Below are positions 54,101 to 63,130 of a stretch of DNA of 64,000 bases, one piece after another. The position numbers and the translations under genes were made by a program. This DNA is from Microcoleus sp. (GTDB lineage: Bacteria > Cyanobacteriota > Cyanobacteriia > Cyanobacteriales > Microcoleaceae). The DNA lies in NCBI GenBank assembly GCA_052279835.1, contig CP181291.1:1280001-1344000 (forward strand), written 5' to 3'. How positions within the stretch are numbered: the first letter of the stretch is position 1; every line of letters starts with the position of its first letter. Below the pieces are notes generated by a model that did no database searches, was not told where the DNA came from, and worked only from the letters and a program-made list of their open reading frames with translations.

Positions 54101-54242
54101 TTATTTCCACAAGTCTGAAGAGTATCAAAAAGCAACTGAAGATTATGAGAATGCGATTCGGATCGAGCCGAATACACGTCTTGCAAAAGTTTATACAGAC
54201 TTGCTTGCCTTTGCCTCTAATTGTCTTCCTTTGAAAAGCTGA
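51111..54242 (+). CDS. APAF-1-like helical domain plus about 15 WD40 repeats plus C-terminal TPRs
   Basis: LLTNFDFIDAKI...LITDY...QLAGQLMGRL; repeated GH...V.AVAVTPDG...SAS.D.TLKVWDL; TPRs AYYRRG; ATG overlaps upstream stop (ATGAGTAA). Confidence 0.9.
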   Translation: MSNLKARLANMPPAQRRDTLEMPIYLANAREAKRLQSLLTNFDFIDAKISYKEFGVQALITDYDLALQPDIEIAEEIKENLKLIQGALILSANALADDKNQLAGQLMGRLQHFATPEIKTLLTQAKQKEAPILYPLTASLLPPGIAVARTLTGHQSTTDSSIGNVSAVAIAETPERTWIVSGSWDHTVKVWDLRTGQELRTLRGHNTSVLSVAVTPDGKKVISGSADNTIKVWDLETGQQLLNLTEHKERVNALAVTPDGKKIVSGAGKSTLLGGASSDNTIKIWDLETGQELFTLDGHTAIINAVAVTPDGRKVISASGDASLKIWDLQTREQLHTLTGHKGIYDFHKGEINDVAIASDGKQAISASSDDQSLIIWDLESGEKLQSLKVTAGIHGQGVVALTPDGKLAVSGCDKSILVWDLTDEARPRYRTLGEHTGDITAVAVTSDGKWGVSASQDNTLKIWDLENKRKSPILPGHKSLVKVMAVTPDGTKALSVGHKDIKVWDLHIGRELFTLEGVDVELVSPLNKIITFTPDHQRVIATSFHGIKVWNLCNGEELLSLRGHKDDVFAVAIAPDGKKAISASQDKSLKVWDLQSGVEVMSLIGHSEIVVSVAITPDGKQVVSASWDKTLKVWDLESGKEWRTLIGHTEVIWDLAISPDGKKVVSYGKDSIKVWDLQLGSELLTLKGYGKLNNFISLYPDGTGVVCLLDRNTLQVWDLQSGSKLLTLAGHTNSVQSLAITPNNKYAVSASSDRSLRVWDLQTGDAIARFNGDSAINYCAVSPDGITIVAGEESGRVHFLRFKMDNSDILSEQDWILGELQKSEEFLIQGRELLDSGEYEEAIKIFDRAIQLNPNLYEAWWDRGTALSRLEFYFEANQSFCKASDIIGLNHEDFDIISMDAIGAKYALARQEYNKIVDCITSGREIDIQNAINNLTKILKINKDFAKAYCLRGDFRNKVGEYQGAIEDLTKGIELSPELANTYNPVLAKAYYRRGVYFHKSEEYQKATEDYENAIRIEPNTRLAKVYTDLLAFASNCLPLKS

Positions 54243-54370
54243 ATCAGATAATAGATTAAGGCTGTGCGGGAAGGACAAATAAGGGCGATCCCTGATTCCA
54301 TCACCCCAACATCATAAAACGTATTTTTTGTCAAGCTGATGCCACAATATTCGATCGCACTTGGAGATTA

Positions 54371-55384
54371 TCACCCCATCAAGACTTGTGCACCTTCAGT
54401 ATCAAGAGAAATCGCCCTGACATCAGCCTTCACCCCAAATTCCATCCAAGCAGCCGCCATCCCTTTCTCAACCGCATCAACATTAGTAACATCCGTTAAA
54501 GCCAAAAGCGTCGGCCCAGCACCGCTAATTACCATTCCACAAGCCCCTGCATTCATGGCTGCTTTTTCTACAGCTTCATATCCCTGAATCAGCGATCGGC
54601 GGTAAGGCTGGTGAATCTTGTCTTGCAGGGCGCAGCGCAGCCAGTTTTCATTGCCAGTTTCCAAAGCCCGCACCAACAAACCGAGGTGTGCGGCATTAAA
54701 AATCGCGTCAGCCCGACTGTAATCTGTGGGCAAGACTTGGCGCGCTTCGGCTGTGGAAAGTTCAAAATCGGGAATCGCTACCACGGGCACAATATTAGGA
54801 TGCCACGGAATATCGCAAATTTGCCAGGAACCGCGGGGTAGGCACGGGGGCACTACCCCTACAAAATCCTGGTTTTGTGTAGGGGCAATCCCCCTGTGGT
54901 TGCCCTCGTCGGTGAGTGCATCGCTAGCAGCGAGGCGACATCCTCCGAGTAAAGCGGGGACAACGTTGTCGGGATGTCCTTCAAGTTCGATCGCCAACTG
55001 CATCACTTCCACCTGACTCAAAGGCTTTCCGGCTAATAAATTTGCACCAACTAACCCACCGACAATGGCTGTAGCGGAACTTCCCAAACCTCTAGCCAGG
55101 GGAACTTGCATATCTATATGTATGGCGACGGGTGGCGGCGATTGATTGAGGCGATCGTATAATTTGACAAATGCTACATAAGCGAGATTGCTGTCATCTG
55201 TCTTGACTTTGGCGGCTTCTGCACCTGTAACGGTGATTTTTAGTTTCTCGGTTGCGGAGGGTTCGAGAAGAGAGAATTGGAAGGAGTTGTAGAGGCTTAA
55301 AGCGGCGCCGATGCAGTCAAAACCGGGGCCTAGGTTGGCGGTTGTGGCGGGTACGGTAACGGTGAAGGTGGAAGTTGCGGACAT
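54371..55384 (-). CDS. thrB: Homoserine kinase
   Basis: [36 protein letters not shown]. Confidence 0.97.
   Translation of the reverse strand: MSATSTFTVTVPATTANLGPGFDCIGAALSLYNSFQFSLLEPSATEKLKITVTGAEAAKVKTDDSNLAYVAFVKLYDRLNQSPPPVAIHIDMQVPLARGLGSSATAIVGGLVGANLLAGKPLSQVEVMQLAIELEGHPDNVVPALLGGCRLAASDALTDEGNHRGIAPTQNQDFVGVVPPCLPRGSWQICDIPWHPNIVPVVAIPDFELSTAEARQVLPTDYSRADAIFNAAHLGLLVRALETGNENWLRCALQDKIHQPYRRSLIQGYEAVEKAAMNAGACGMVISGAGPTLLALTDVTNVDAVEKGMAAAWMEFGVKADVRAISLDTEGAQVLMG
54835..54906. repeat. Inverted doublet of GTAG-type REP sequences (REPIN-like) inside thrB
   Basis: GGGGTAGGCACGGGGGCACTACCCCTAC-spacer-GTAGGGGCAATCCCCCTGTGGTTGCCCT; 72 nt. Confidence 0.8.
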
Positions 55385-55461
55385 TTTTTGAATAGTAAAT
55401 TTTGAGTATTTAACCGCTTGGGAACAGAGATAAATTGTTGATATCGGTTCGATCGCCTATT

Positions 55462-56031
55462 TTAACTGATTCCTAGAACATCTTCGTAAATTTGTGCGAT
55501 CGGGCATTGAAATTCTACGCTAGCCAAGCGAACTTCTTCGCCATCCGCGTAAGGATAGAGTTCCCAGCGCCCTTCTGCATTGCGCTGGTAAGATTCTACA
55601 CCGATTCTTTCTTGATTAATCACTACGTATTCTTGTAAAGTTTCTAAGGTGCGGTAGTCGGCAAATTTATTTCCGCGATCGAATGCTGCTGTGGTTGGAG
55701 AGAGAACTTCTACGATTAAGCGCGGGTGGCGTTTGAAATAGTCAAGACTTCTATCTCTTTCGTCGCAAGTTACCATGATGTCGGGATAGTAAAATACATC
55801 TGCTTGCTCAATTCTGGCTTTCATGTTTCCTGCGTAAATTCGACAGCCTCTGCCTCTAACGTGAGTTGTGAGCAAGTTGACTAGGTTGATGCAAATTGTT
55901 TCATGGGCATCACTTGCTCCTGCCATTGCATAAATTTCGCCTTGTCGGTATTCGTGTTTGATCGGGCTATTTTTTTCGCCTTCTAAATAGTCTTCTGGGG
56001 AGGTGTAGGTGTGGCTGATGTTGGCAATCAT
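55462..56031 (-). CDS. Uma2 (DUF820) family endonuclease-like protein
   Basis: KHEY..GEIYAMAGAS, YPDIMV, IVEVLSP, LQEYV. Confidence 0.92.
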   Translation of the reverse strand: MIANISHTYTSPEDYLEGEKNSPIKHEYRQGEIYAMAGASDAHETICINLVNLLTTHVRGRGCRIYAGNMKARIEQADVFYYPDIMVTCDERDRSLDYFKRHPRLIVEVLSPTTAAFDRGNKFADYRTLETLQEYVVINQERIGVESYQRNAEGRWELYPYADGEEVRLASVEFQCPIAQIYEDVLGIS

Positions 56032-56083
56032 TGTTGGTATTTGTTAAACACTGAGGATATTATATCATGTTGGCACAAGCTAT

Positions 56084-56575
56084 TTATTGTTCCAGCATTT
56101 GAAGATGCTTGATGGCATCTTGATAATCGTTAGTTTTGCCGGATTTTTGATAGTATTGGGCTGCTGTATGATAATCGGCGATCGCGCCGTTGATATCTTC
56201 TAAGAATTCGCGGACTCTGGCGCGATTGTAGTAGGCATCGCCGTAGTTGGGGTCGATTTGAATAGCGCGATCGAAATCTGCCTTTGCTGCTGGGTAATCT
56301 TTGAGATCGCGGGCTCGAATTATACCGCGTTTGTTATGGGCTGCTGCGTAGTCTGGATTGAGGCGGATGGCTTCGGTGTAATCGGCGATCGCACCTTGAA
56401 TATCTCCTGCTTCTGACTTGGCTAAACCGCTGTTAAATAAATCTTCTGCCTGATTTTTAACATTATTTATTTGAACTATTAATACTTCTGATTTAGCAGA
56501 GACAGCAGGAGATATATTACCAAAAATAGTAAAGATTGCTAGAGTCGCAATTAAGTGATAAAATGGTGGTTTCAT
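56084..56575 (-). CDS. Secreted TPR protein
   Basis: Signal peptide; GAIADYTEAIRLNP, AYYNRA. Confidence 0.88.
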   Translation of the reverse strand: MKPPFYHLIATLAIFTIFGNISPAVSAKSEVLIVQINNVKNQAEDLFNSGLAKSEAGDIQGAIADYTEAIRLNPDYAAAHNKRGIIRARDLKDYPAAKADFDRAIQIDPNYGDAYYNRARVREFLEDINGAIADYHTAAQYYQKSGKTNDYQDAIKHLQMLEQ

Positions 56576-56578
56576 AAT

Positions 56579-57145
56579 TTAGGTAAAAATTAGAGCTACA
56601 GAACAACTAAATCCTGGCAATAAAGGCGATGTAAGTTCATCATTGTTTAAGAGCGTAGCAATGAGCCTTAAACTTGCTTGTTCGCGACGATAAACTTCTA
56701 TTTGCTGCAATTGCCAATTCACCACCCAGTATTCTTGGACGCCTCGCACTGAATAGAGTCGGAGTTTCAAATCTCGATCCCGTCTTTCATTATCTGCACC
56801 TGGGGACAATACTTCAACAACTAACTCAGGTGAGCCGGTTAGATGTCCGGCTTCGTCTAGTAAAATAGCCAAGCGTTCATTGCTCACCCAAACTAGATCG
56901 GGAATTACGTTATCGGTATCTGTGAAAATAATGCCTGGATTGATTGCAGCTCGTCCTAAATTAGTCTCTCGCGACCAAGTATTAAGTTCTTGATAGAGGT
57001 TGCCTATAGCCTGTTGATGACCCCAATGCGGTGCTCTAGTCATAAATAGCTCCCCATCAATAATTTCATAGCGATCGCCGTTATCTGGCAATAGTTCTAA
57101 ATCTGCCGTAGTCCAGCGTACTTTATCAGATATTGTTTGGTTCAT
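56579..57145 (-). CDS. Uma2 (DUF820) family endonuclease-like protein
   Basis: RYEIIDGEL, IPDLV, PELVVEVLSP, VQEYW, SPLLPGF. Confidence 0.92.
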   Translation of the reverse strand: MNQTISDKVRWTTADLELLPDNGDRYEIIDGELFMTRAPHWGHQQAIGNLYQELNTWSRETNLGRAAINPGIIFTDTDNVIPDLVWVSNERLAILLDEAGHLTGSPELVVEVLSPGADNERRDRDLKLRLYSVRGVQEYWVVNWQLQQIEVYRREQASLRLIATLLNNDELTSPLLPGFSCSVALIFT

Positions 57146-57245
57146 ACAAACACTCTTGATAGGTGATACAAAAATTATAGACGATCGAGCATAAGAAAGC
57201 ATCCACAAATTTCAACCTGTGAGTGCAAAAGAAGGCAAAAACAAA

Positions 57246-57322
57246 ACCCGCCCACGCGGGTTTCTATATTATTAGTCCGCGAAGGCGGACTTTGTTTGTG
57301 TAGTCGCGATTTCCAATCGCCG
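57246..57322. repeat. Dispersed palindromic repeat pair
   Basis: ACCCGCCCACGCGGGT and AGTCCGCGAAGGCGGACTTTGTTTGTGTAG. Confidence 0.65.
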
Positions 57323-57350
57323 GATTTCCTGAGAATTACAAACCATAAGA

Positions 57351-58586
57351 TTACTTCAAAACAGTCTTAGAAGCAATCCGAGTTTTCTTGCGATCGCCCT
57401 CACTCAACTCCTCACCGGATTGCAAGCGAGTAGCAGAGGTTTGGAGGACAGTGGCGGCACTTTGATCGCCCATTTGCAGAGCCGTTTTAGCAGCGGTTTG
57501 GAGCATAGTGGCTGCGCCAGCCCGATCGCCTTGCTGCAATCTAGTTTCAGCAAGTTGAGTTTGGCGGTACTTAGCCAAAGCTAAAATGTGTTGCTGTACC
57601 ATGGGATTGATTGCCGGCTGATAAACTGGCAGGACATTAGTCGAAATCACCACCGATTCAGAGAGCAAACCTGCACCGACTGTGGGATCGTCGTAGCGAA
57701 TTTGCAATTGCCCGATCGCCTGTTTACCCTCTGGTAACTGTCCAATATAAATATTAGCCAAAACTACTCGTTCTACATCCTTCATTAAATCTCCCAAACG
57801 GACCATAAAGCGATCGCCCTCTTGCTGCACCGGTAATTCGATCGTATCTGGGGCAACTTGGGCGATGGGTTTAAGTTCGGCTAACCGCACCTTTGGCATT
57901 AAAGAAAATAGCAAATAAGCATTAGTCAAACCTACTGATTGGACGCGGGTAAACAGCTTGCCAAACTCTTCAACAGCATCTTCAGGACGCTGAATATGAG
58001 CCAAAGCACCGCCACCGGCATCCGCAATTTTTTCCAAAATATCCTGATTCCAGTTATCCCCAAATCCCAGAGAATTCAAAGTCATATTATACTCAGCAGC
58101 CAGTTTTGCCAACTTCAAACAGCGGTTATTGTCGCCGTGTTCATTTTCGCCATCAGTCAATAGAAAAGCCTGAGAGATAGCCTCTTTTTTGCCTTTGCCC
58201 AACTCTTCAATACCTAGCTTAATGCCCTCATCAATTGCCGTCCCACCAGCGGGACGCAATTTCTCAATTTGCCGTTTAATACTAGCGGGGTCTTCCACAA
58301 TTTGGTTAGGGACAAGGACTTTAGCTTTGTGGTCAAAAGCAACCGCACAAAAGCGATCCCCAGGCTTCAATCTGTCGAGGAGGCGTCCGGCGGCCTGTTT
58401 GACGGTTTCCAAAGGACGTCCGTTCATGGAACCGCTGTGGTCGAGAATCAGGCAGAGATTTAAGGGTACGTTGGAGTCGAAGTCCGAGGTGGTCGCAGAC
58501 ACCGAAATGGCTAGCTGGCGCTGGCTTGAGGGCGCATCCGCGTCCAGGTTGGTGTCGTTTAAAGCAGGGAGCAAACTAACTTTCAT
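57351..58586 (-). CDS. vWA-domain protein
   Basis: LDHSGSM, GGTAI, LLTDGE. Confidence 0.9.
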   Translation of the reverse strand: MKVSLLPALNDTNLDADAPSSQRQLAISVSATTSDFDSNVPLNLCLILDHSGSMNGRPLETVKQAAGRLLDRLKPGDRFCAVAFDHKAKVLVPNQIVEDPASIKRQIEKLRPAGGTAIDEGIKLGIEELGKGKKEAISQAFLLTDGENEHGDNNRCLKLAKLAAEYNMTLNSLGFGDNWNQDILEKIADAGGGALAHIQRPEDAVEEFGKLFTRVQSVGLTNAYLLFSLMPKVRLAELKPIAQVAPDTIELPVQQEGDRFMVRLGDLMKDVERVVLANIYIGQLPEGKQAIGQLQIRYDDPTVGAGLLSESVVISTNVLPVYQPAINPMVQQHILALAKYRQTQLAETRLQQGDRAGAATMLQTAAKTALQMGDQSAATVLQTSATRLQSGEELSEGDRKKTRIASKTVLK

Positions 58587-58653
58587 GCGGGATACCTAAA
58601 GATTGCGTTACTATTTCTTTAAGAATAACTCCATCAGTTCAGGCGACATTTCG

Positions 58654-59343
58654 ATGAAAACACCCTTTAAAGCAATGCAATCGCAATACTACGGCGATGC
58701 CTCCTACCGGACGCCCCCCCCTGATTTACAATCGCTGTTGCTGAAGGAGCGGATTATCTACCTGGGCTTACCCTTGGTATCGTCCGACGATTTCAAACGT
58801 CAAATGGGGGTAGATGTCACTAAACTGATTATTGCTCAGTTACTCTACTTACAATTCAATGATTCGGAAAAACCGATCTTTTTTTACATCAACTCGACAG
58901 GAACTTCCTGGTACACAGGGGATGCCATTGGGCAAGAAACGGAAGCTTTCGCTATCTGTGACACGATGAACTACGTGAAACCTCCTGTTCATACCATCTG
59001 CCTTGGTCAAGCCATGGGAACTGCGGCGATGATTTTGTCTGCGGGAGCTAAAGGCTCGCGGGCTAGTTTGCCCCATGCTACCATCGTCTTGAATCAACCG
59101 CGGACGGGGATGGGACGATCGCAGGCAACAGACATCCAGATTCGGGCGAAGGAAGTCCTGGCAAACAAAGCAACGGCAATGGGTATCCTGTCGAAGAATA
59201 CGGGTCAGCCAGTGGAAAAAATTGCCAAAGATACCGATCGAATGTGCTACATGACCCCGGAACAAGCCAAAGAATACGGACTAATCGATCGCGTGCTAGA
59301 AAGCACCAAGGATTTGCCCGTACCATTGCCGGCGCTTGTTTAA
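58654..59343 (+). CDS. clpR: Non-catalytic Clp protease subunit ClpR
   Basis: RTPPPDLQSLLLKERIIYLG; catalytic Ser/His replaced (QAMGTA, LNQP). Confidence 0.9.
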   Translation: MKTPFKAMQSQYYGDASYRTPPPDLQSLLLKERIIYLGLPLVSSDDFKRQMGVDVTKLIIAQLLYLQFNDSEKPIFFYINSTGTSWYTGDAIGQETEAFAICDTMNYVKPPVHTICLGQAMGTAAMILSAGAKGSRASLPHATIVLNQPRTGMGRSQATDIQIRAKEVLANKATAMGILSKNTGQPVEKIAKDTDRMCYMTPEQAKEYGLIDRVLESTKDLPVPLPALV

Positions 59344-59410
59344 CCCTTTCCTGCTAGGGGAAGGATTTTTGAGTCTGATTATTTTTTTAGAAGCTTGGAT
59401 GGTGGTAGCT

Positions 59411-60082
59411 ATGCCTGTTGATGAAATCCTGCGCGTTCCTTACAACATTCCTGGCAGCTCCAACTGGCAGTGGATCAATATATACACTCGCTTGAGCCAG
59501 GAACGGATCATTTTTGTGAACCAGACGATAACTACAGGTCTGGCAAATACGGTGATTTCAGCAATGCTTTACCTGGACTCGATCGACCAGAAGAAGCCGA
59601 TATATCTATACATCAACTCCTACGGCGACCCAATCGCGGGGGGAACAGTAAATCAAATGGCTGGGATGATGTCGGTGGCCGCTGGTTTGGCGATTTACGA
59701 TACCATGCAGCATATCAAGTCGGAAATCCAAACTATTTGTTTGGGTCAAGCCATCGGTCTGTCGGCCCTGTTACTGTCCTCCGGGAGCAAAGGGAAGCGA
59801 GCTAGTCTCCCCCATGCGATGATTGCCCTGGAGTATCCCCAAGGGGGGACGCAGGGTCAGGCAACTGATATCACAATCACTGCTACAGAAGTCCTAGCAA
59901 AAAAAGATTTAATTCTGGAAATTTTTGCGAAAAATACAGGACAATCTGTGGAAAAACTGGCGAAAGATATGAGTCGCACGTTTTACTTGACTCCGCAAGC
60001 AGCTAAAGATTACGGGCTGATCGATCGGGTGTTGGAAAGCACCAAAGAAATATCTCAACCAACTGCCACAGTTTTTAGCTAA
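59411..60082 (+). CDS. Second non-catalytic ClpP-family (ClpR-like) subunit
   Basis: ClpP fold; QAIGLS and LEYP at Ser/His positions; ClpP3-like N-terminus VPYNIPGS..WQWINIY. Confidence 0.85.
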   Translation: MPVDEILRVPYNIPGSSNWQWINIYTRLSQERIIFVNQTITTGLANTVISAMLYLDSIDQKKPIYLYINSYGDPIAGGTVNQMAGMMSVAAGLAIYDTMQHIKSEIQTICLGQAIGLSALLLSSGSKGKRASLPHAMIALEYPQGGTQGQATDITITATEVLAKKDLILEIFAKNTGQSVEKLAKDMSRTFYLTPQAAKDYGLIDRVLESTKEISQPTATVFS

Positions 60083-60193
60083 AGGAGTTGCCATTGAGGA
60101 GAAAATCGGTGGGATTAACTCCTGAATGGGAACTGCTAGCTACTAACTGTTCATTACTGAAAATTTCACCTTTATTCTGTTAGGAGATATACG

Positions 60194-60787
60194 ATGCCTA
60201 TTGGCGTTCCCAGCGTTCCGTACCGGCTTCCCGGCAGTAGCTACGAACAGTGGATCAATATTTACGAAAGGCTGTTTCGGGAGCGGATTATTTTCCTGTC
60301 AGAAGAAGTAGATGATGGCATTGCTAATGCGATCGTGGCTTATCTGCTGTACCTGGATTCGGAGGATCAGAGCAAACCTATTTACCTGTACATTAACTCT
60401 CCCGGCGGCTCGGTGACGGCGGGCATGGCAATCTACGATACCATGCAGCACATTAAATCTGAGGTAGTGACGATTTGTGTGGGTCTAGCGGCCTCGATGG
60501 GTTCTTTTTTACTCGCAGCAGGTACCAAGGGGAAACGAGTCGCTTTGCCAAACTCGCGGATTATGATTCACCAGCCTTCTGGGGGCACGCGGGGACAAGC
60601 GACGGATATCGAGATTGAGGCCAAAGAGATCGTCCGGATTCGCCATCAGTTGAATCAGATTTATGCAGCTCGGACTGGTCAGACTTTAGCCAAAATCGAA
60701 AAAGACATGGATCGGGACTATTTTATGTCTGCTCAGGAAGCCAAGGAATATGGTTTGATCGATCATGTGATTGAAGAACGTCCTTAA
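60194..60787 (+). CDS. clpP: ATP-dependent Clp protease proteolytic subunit (ClpP3-type)
   Basis: [27 protein letters not shown]. Confidence 0.96.
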   Translation: MPIGVPSVPYRLPGSSYEQWINIYERLFRERIIFLSEEVDDGIANAIVAYLLYLDSEDQSKPIYLYINSPGGSVTAGMAIYDTMQHIKSEVVTICVGLAASMGSFLLAAGTKGKRVALPNSRIMIHQPSGGTRGQATDIEIEAKEIVRIRHQLNQIYAARTGQTLAKIEKDMDRDYFMSAQEAKEYGLIDHVIEERP

Positions 60788-60793
60788 GTAAAG

Positions 60794-60830
60794 TTTTCCC
60801 TTCAGTAGTGCAGGCAATGCTGAAGGGAAA
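60794..60830 (+). terminator. Hairpin after clpP
   Basis: TTTTCCCTTCAG...CTGAAGGGAAAA. Confidence 0.6.
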
Positions 60831-60917
60831 ACCTCGACCCGCAGTAAATTTTGGCAGAGTCTTTACTTTAAGGATTCTGCCATATTTAATGGTATTATTA
60901 ACGATGATTTATAGTAA

Positions 60918-61541
60918 ATGGATATTGCAGATTATTACCGACAGTTAGGACTCAGATCTGGTGCGAGTGTGTCGCAAGTTAAGGCGGCTTATAGACAACT
61001 AGCCAGACAGTATCACCCCGATGTAAATCCGGGCAACGAACAGGCGAAGAATAGGTTTATTGCGATTACTGAGGCTTATAAGTTTCTGGTGAATATTGCT
61101 CCCCCCGATGGGGAGTCGAAAGTTGCGAATGATACTAAGCAGACGGGGACGACATCGGCATCCCAGATGCCAAAAACTCAACCACAGAAAGTGAAAGTGA
61201 CTCGGAAAGCGTCGCCAATTGAAAATACCCAGGATTTGTCGGCAGCGGAAGAAAAGTTAAAGCAGGATGCTTATTTGCAGTTGCAGGAGTTGCTGAAGTA
61301 TCAGAGGTTCCCGCGGGCGATCGCCCTGGTGGAAGGTTTGGCACAGCGGATTCCCGATGATGTGGAAGTGCGTCAATGGCAGGCGATCGCCTATCAGCGT
61401 TGGGGAAGGCATTTAATTGGGGAAAAACAGGTTGATAAGGCGAGAATTTATTTAAAAAAGGCTGTGAAAACTGACCCTCACAATCGGGCTTTGTGGGCAG
61501 AAGTTGAGCGAGATTTTCGCAAGTTAGAACAGATTTATTGA
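60918..61541 (+). CDS. J-domain (DnaJ type III) protein with C-terminal TPR-like helices
   Basis: YYRQLGL...YHPDVN...F..I.EAY. Confidence 0.9.
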   Translation: MDIADYYRQLGLRSGASVSQVKAAYRQLARQYHPDVNPGNEQAKNRFIAITEAYKFLVNIAPPDGESKVANDTKQTGTTSASQMPKTQPQKVKVTRKASPIENTQDLSAAEEKLKQDAYLQLQELLKYQRFPRAIALVEGLAQRIPDDVEVRQWQAIAYQRWGRHLIGEKQVDKARIYLKKAVKTDPHNRALWAEVERDFRKLEQIY

Positions 61542-61574
61542 AGTTGGAAATTTAGTTGGGTTCTGTGCAGGTAA

Positions 61575-62468
61575 TCAAAGGCTTATAGTTTTGAGTTTTT
61601 CGAGAATAACTTGAGTATTTTTAGGTCTTTTTTCCGGCAGGGGTTCCATTAATTCGTCTAGAAAATATGGTAACAAACCTTCCAGTTGCACCGCAGGATT
61701 TCTCCAATTAATTTTACCAGTTGTGTCATCTGTCGGAAAGTCGATCGGCGGTGTACCTGTTAGTAAATGTACAAAAGTACGTCCCAGGGCAAAAAAGTCC
61801 GATCGCACTTCAGCTTTACCTAGAATTTGTTCCGGGGCGGAATATCCGGGCGAACCTATAGGCGTTGTATCAATCCCCGCTTCTCCCACAGCCCCAAAAT
61901 CAATTAGTCTCAATTTGCCATCGGGTTGCAACATCAGGTTTGATGGCTTAATATCTCGATGTACTATATTATATTGGTGAATTTTGTGTAAAATATGCGT
62001 CAGTTTGGTGAGCCAATCAAGGGCTAGTTTGGGAGATATATGGTGGTTTTTCTTGAAGAATGCTGCTAAAGTTTCCCCCTCGATTTTTTCCATCACTAAA
62101 CAGGACAATTTCTGAGATTGGTGGGGTATTTTTATAGTAAAATATCCGTCAGGTTCAACTTGGGGAATTCCGGTATTTCCTGCTAGCCAAATTAAGGTTC
62201 GCGCTTCCTGTTTGAATAATCGGATTAAAGTGGGATGATGAGTATATTTCAATAGTTTTAAAATTTTGAGAGTACCCCATTGGTTTTCTTCGGTTCCCCA
62301 ATCTGCAACTGCATAAATTTCTGTAGGGAGTGCTGGATTGGTCGATCGCACTGGGTGGATGATACGATAGCGATCGGCAATCAATAAAGCCGTCCCGCAA
62401 CTGTGACAATTTTGAGCTCGATCGCAATTCTCACGGGTTTTGCACTTGGGATTGATGCAGTAACTCAT
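61575..62468 (-). CDS. Ser/Thr protein kinase with N-terminal Zn-ribbon
   Basis: YCINPKC...CHSCG, HRDIKPSN, LIDFG, GYSAPEQ; Gly-rich loop degenerate. Confidence 0.9.
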   Translation of the reverse strand: MSYCINPKCKTRENCDRAQNCHSCGTALLIADRYRIIHPVRSTNPALPTEIYAVADWGTEENQWGTLKILKLLKYTHHPTLIRLFKQEARTLIWLAGNTGIPQVEPDGYFTIKIPHQSQKLSCLVMEKIEGETLAAFFKKNHHISPKLALDWLTKLTHILHKIHQYNIVHRDIKPSNLMLQPDGKLRLIDFGAVGEAGIDTTPIGSPGYSAPEQILGKAEVRSDFFALGRTFVHLLTGTPPIDFPTDDTTGKINWRNPAVQLEGLLPYFLDELMEPLPEKRPKNTQVILEKLKTISL

Positions 62469-62851
62469 TTGAAGAAGTTATTGGTTATTGGTTATTGGTT
62501 ATTGGTTATTTGTTATGAATATAACGACAAGTTTTTGATTTTTTGGTAGCACCCGCAGGCTGTGCCACTGCTGGCTTAACAATGTAGTCTTCTAGCCAAA
62601 GTGTAGTAAATTTAACTGTTTTTGACGGCTCGGACTATTCCTAAAGATAGATGGCAGAATACCTCTTGCGACCAATGGCAACATAACTAAACATTTCTTA
62701 ACATATAGAAAACAAAGGGAATGGTAGGAAAGGTTAATCGTCCTTCAGCCCTTGGGTGCTAGGTTTAACCGGATTTTTCTGGGTAAGACACTCTCCAGCT
62801 AACAGGTGAGTGTCTGGAGAGTTGAGAGTGTCAAAAACAAGGGCTAAATCA

Positions 62852-63127
62852 ATGAATCAGCAGCAAAACTCAGCAGTTTCAGAATTTTTGCCAATGCTTC
62901 AAAAAGGTATTTGGCTGTTTGGTATTATCTCTTGGATATTCGGGCTGACAGATAGAAGTATTGCACTATTAGCAGATGGATATTTATCGGCGATCGATAT
63001 TGTCCAGCTATTTACAGCTTCATTCTTCTTTGTGAGTTGGTTGCTTTTAAGTCCCTTTCTGAGTGTGAACGCACCCAGAGTATTGAAAGTAAAAAACAGC
63101 ACACAGAATATAGAAATAGCTCAATAG
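62852..63127 (+). CDS. Small two-TM cyanobacterial membrane protein
   Basis: WLFGIISWIFGLTDRSIA..ADGYLSA. Confidence 0.7.
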   Translation: MNQQQNSAVSEFLPMLQKGIWLFGIISWIFGLTDRSIALLADGYLSAIDIVQLFTASFFFVSWLLLSPFLSVNAPRVLKVKNSTQNIEIAQ

Positions 63128-63130
63128 TTT

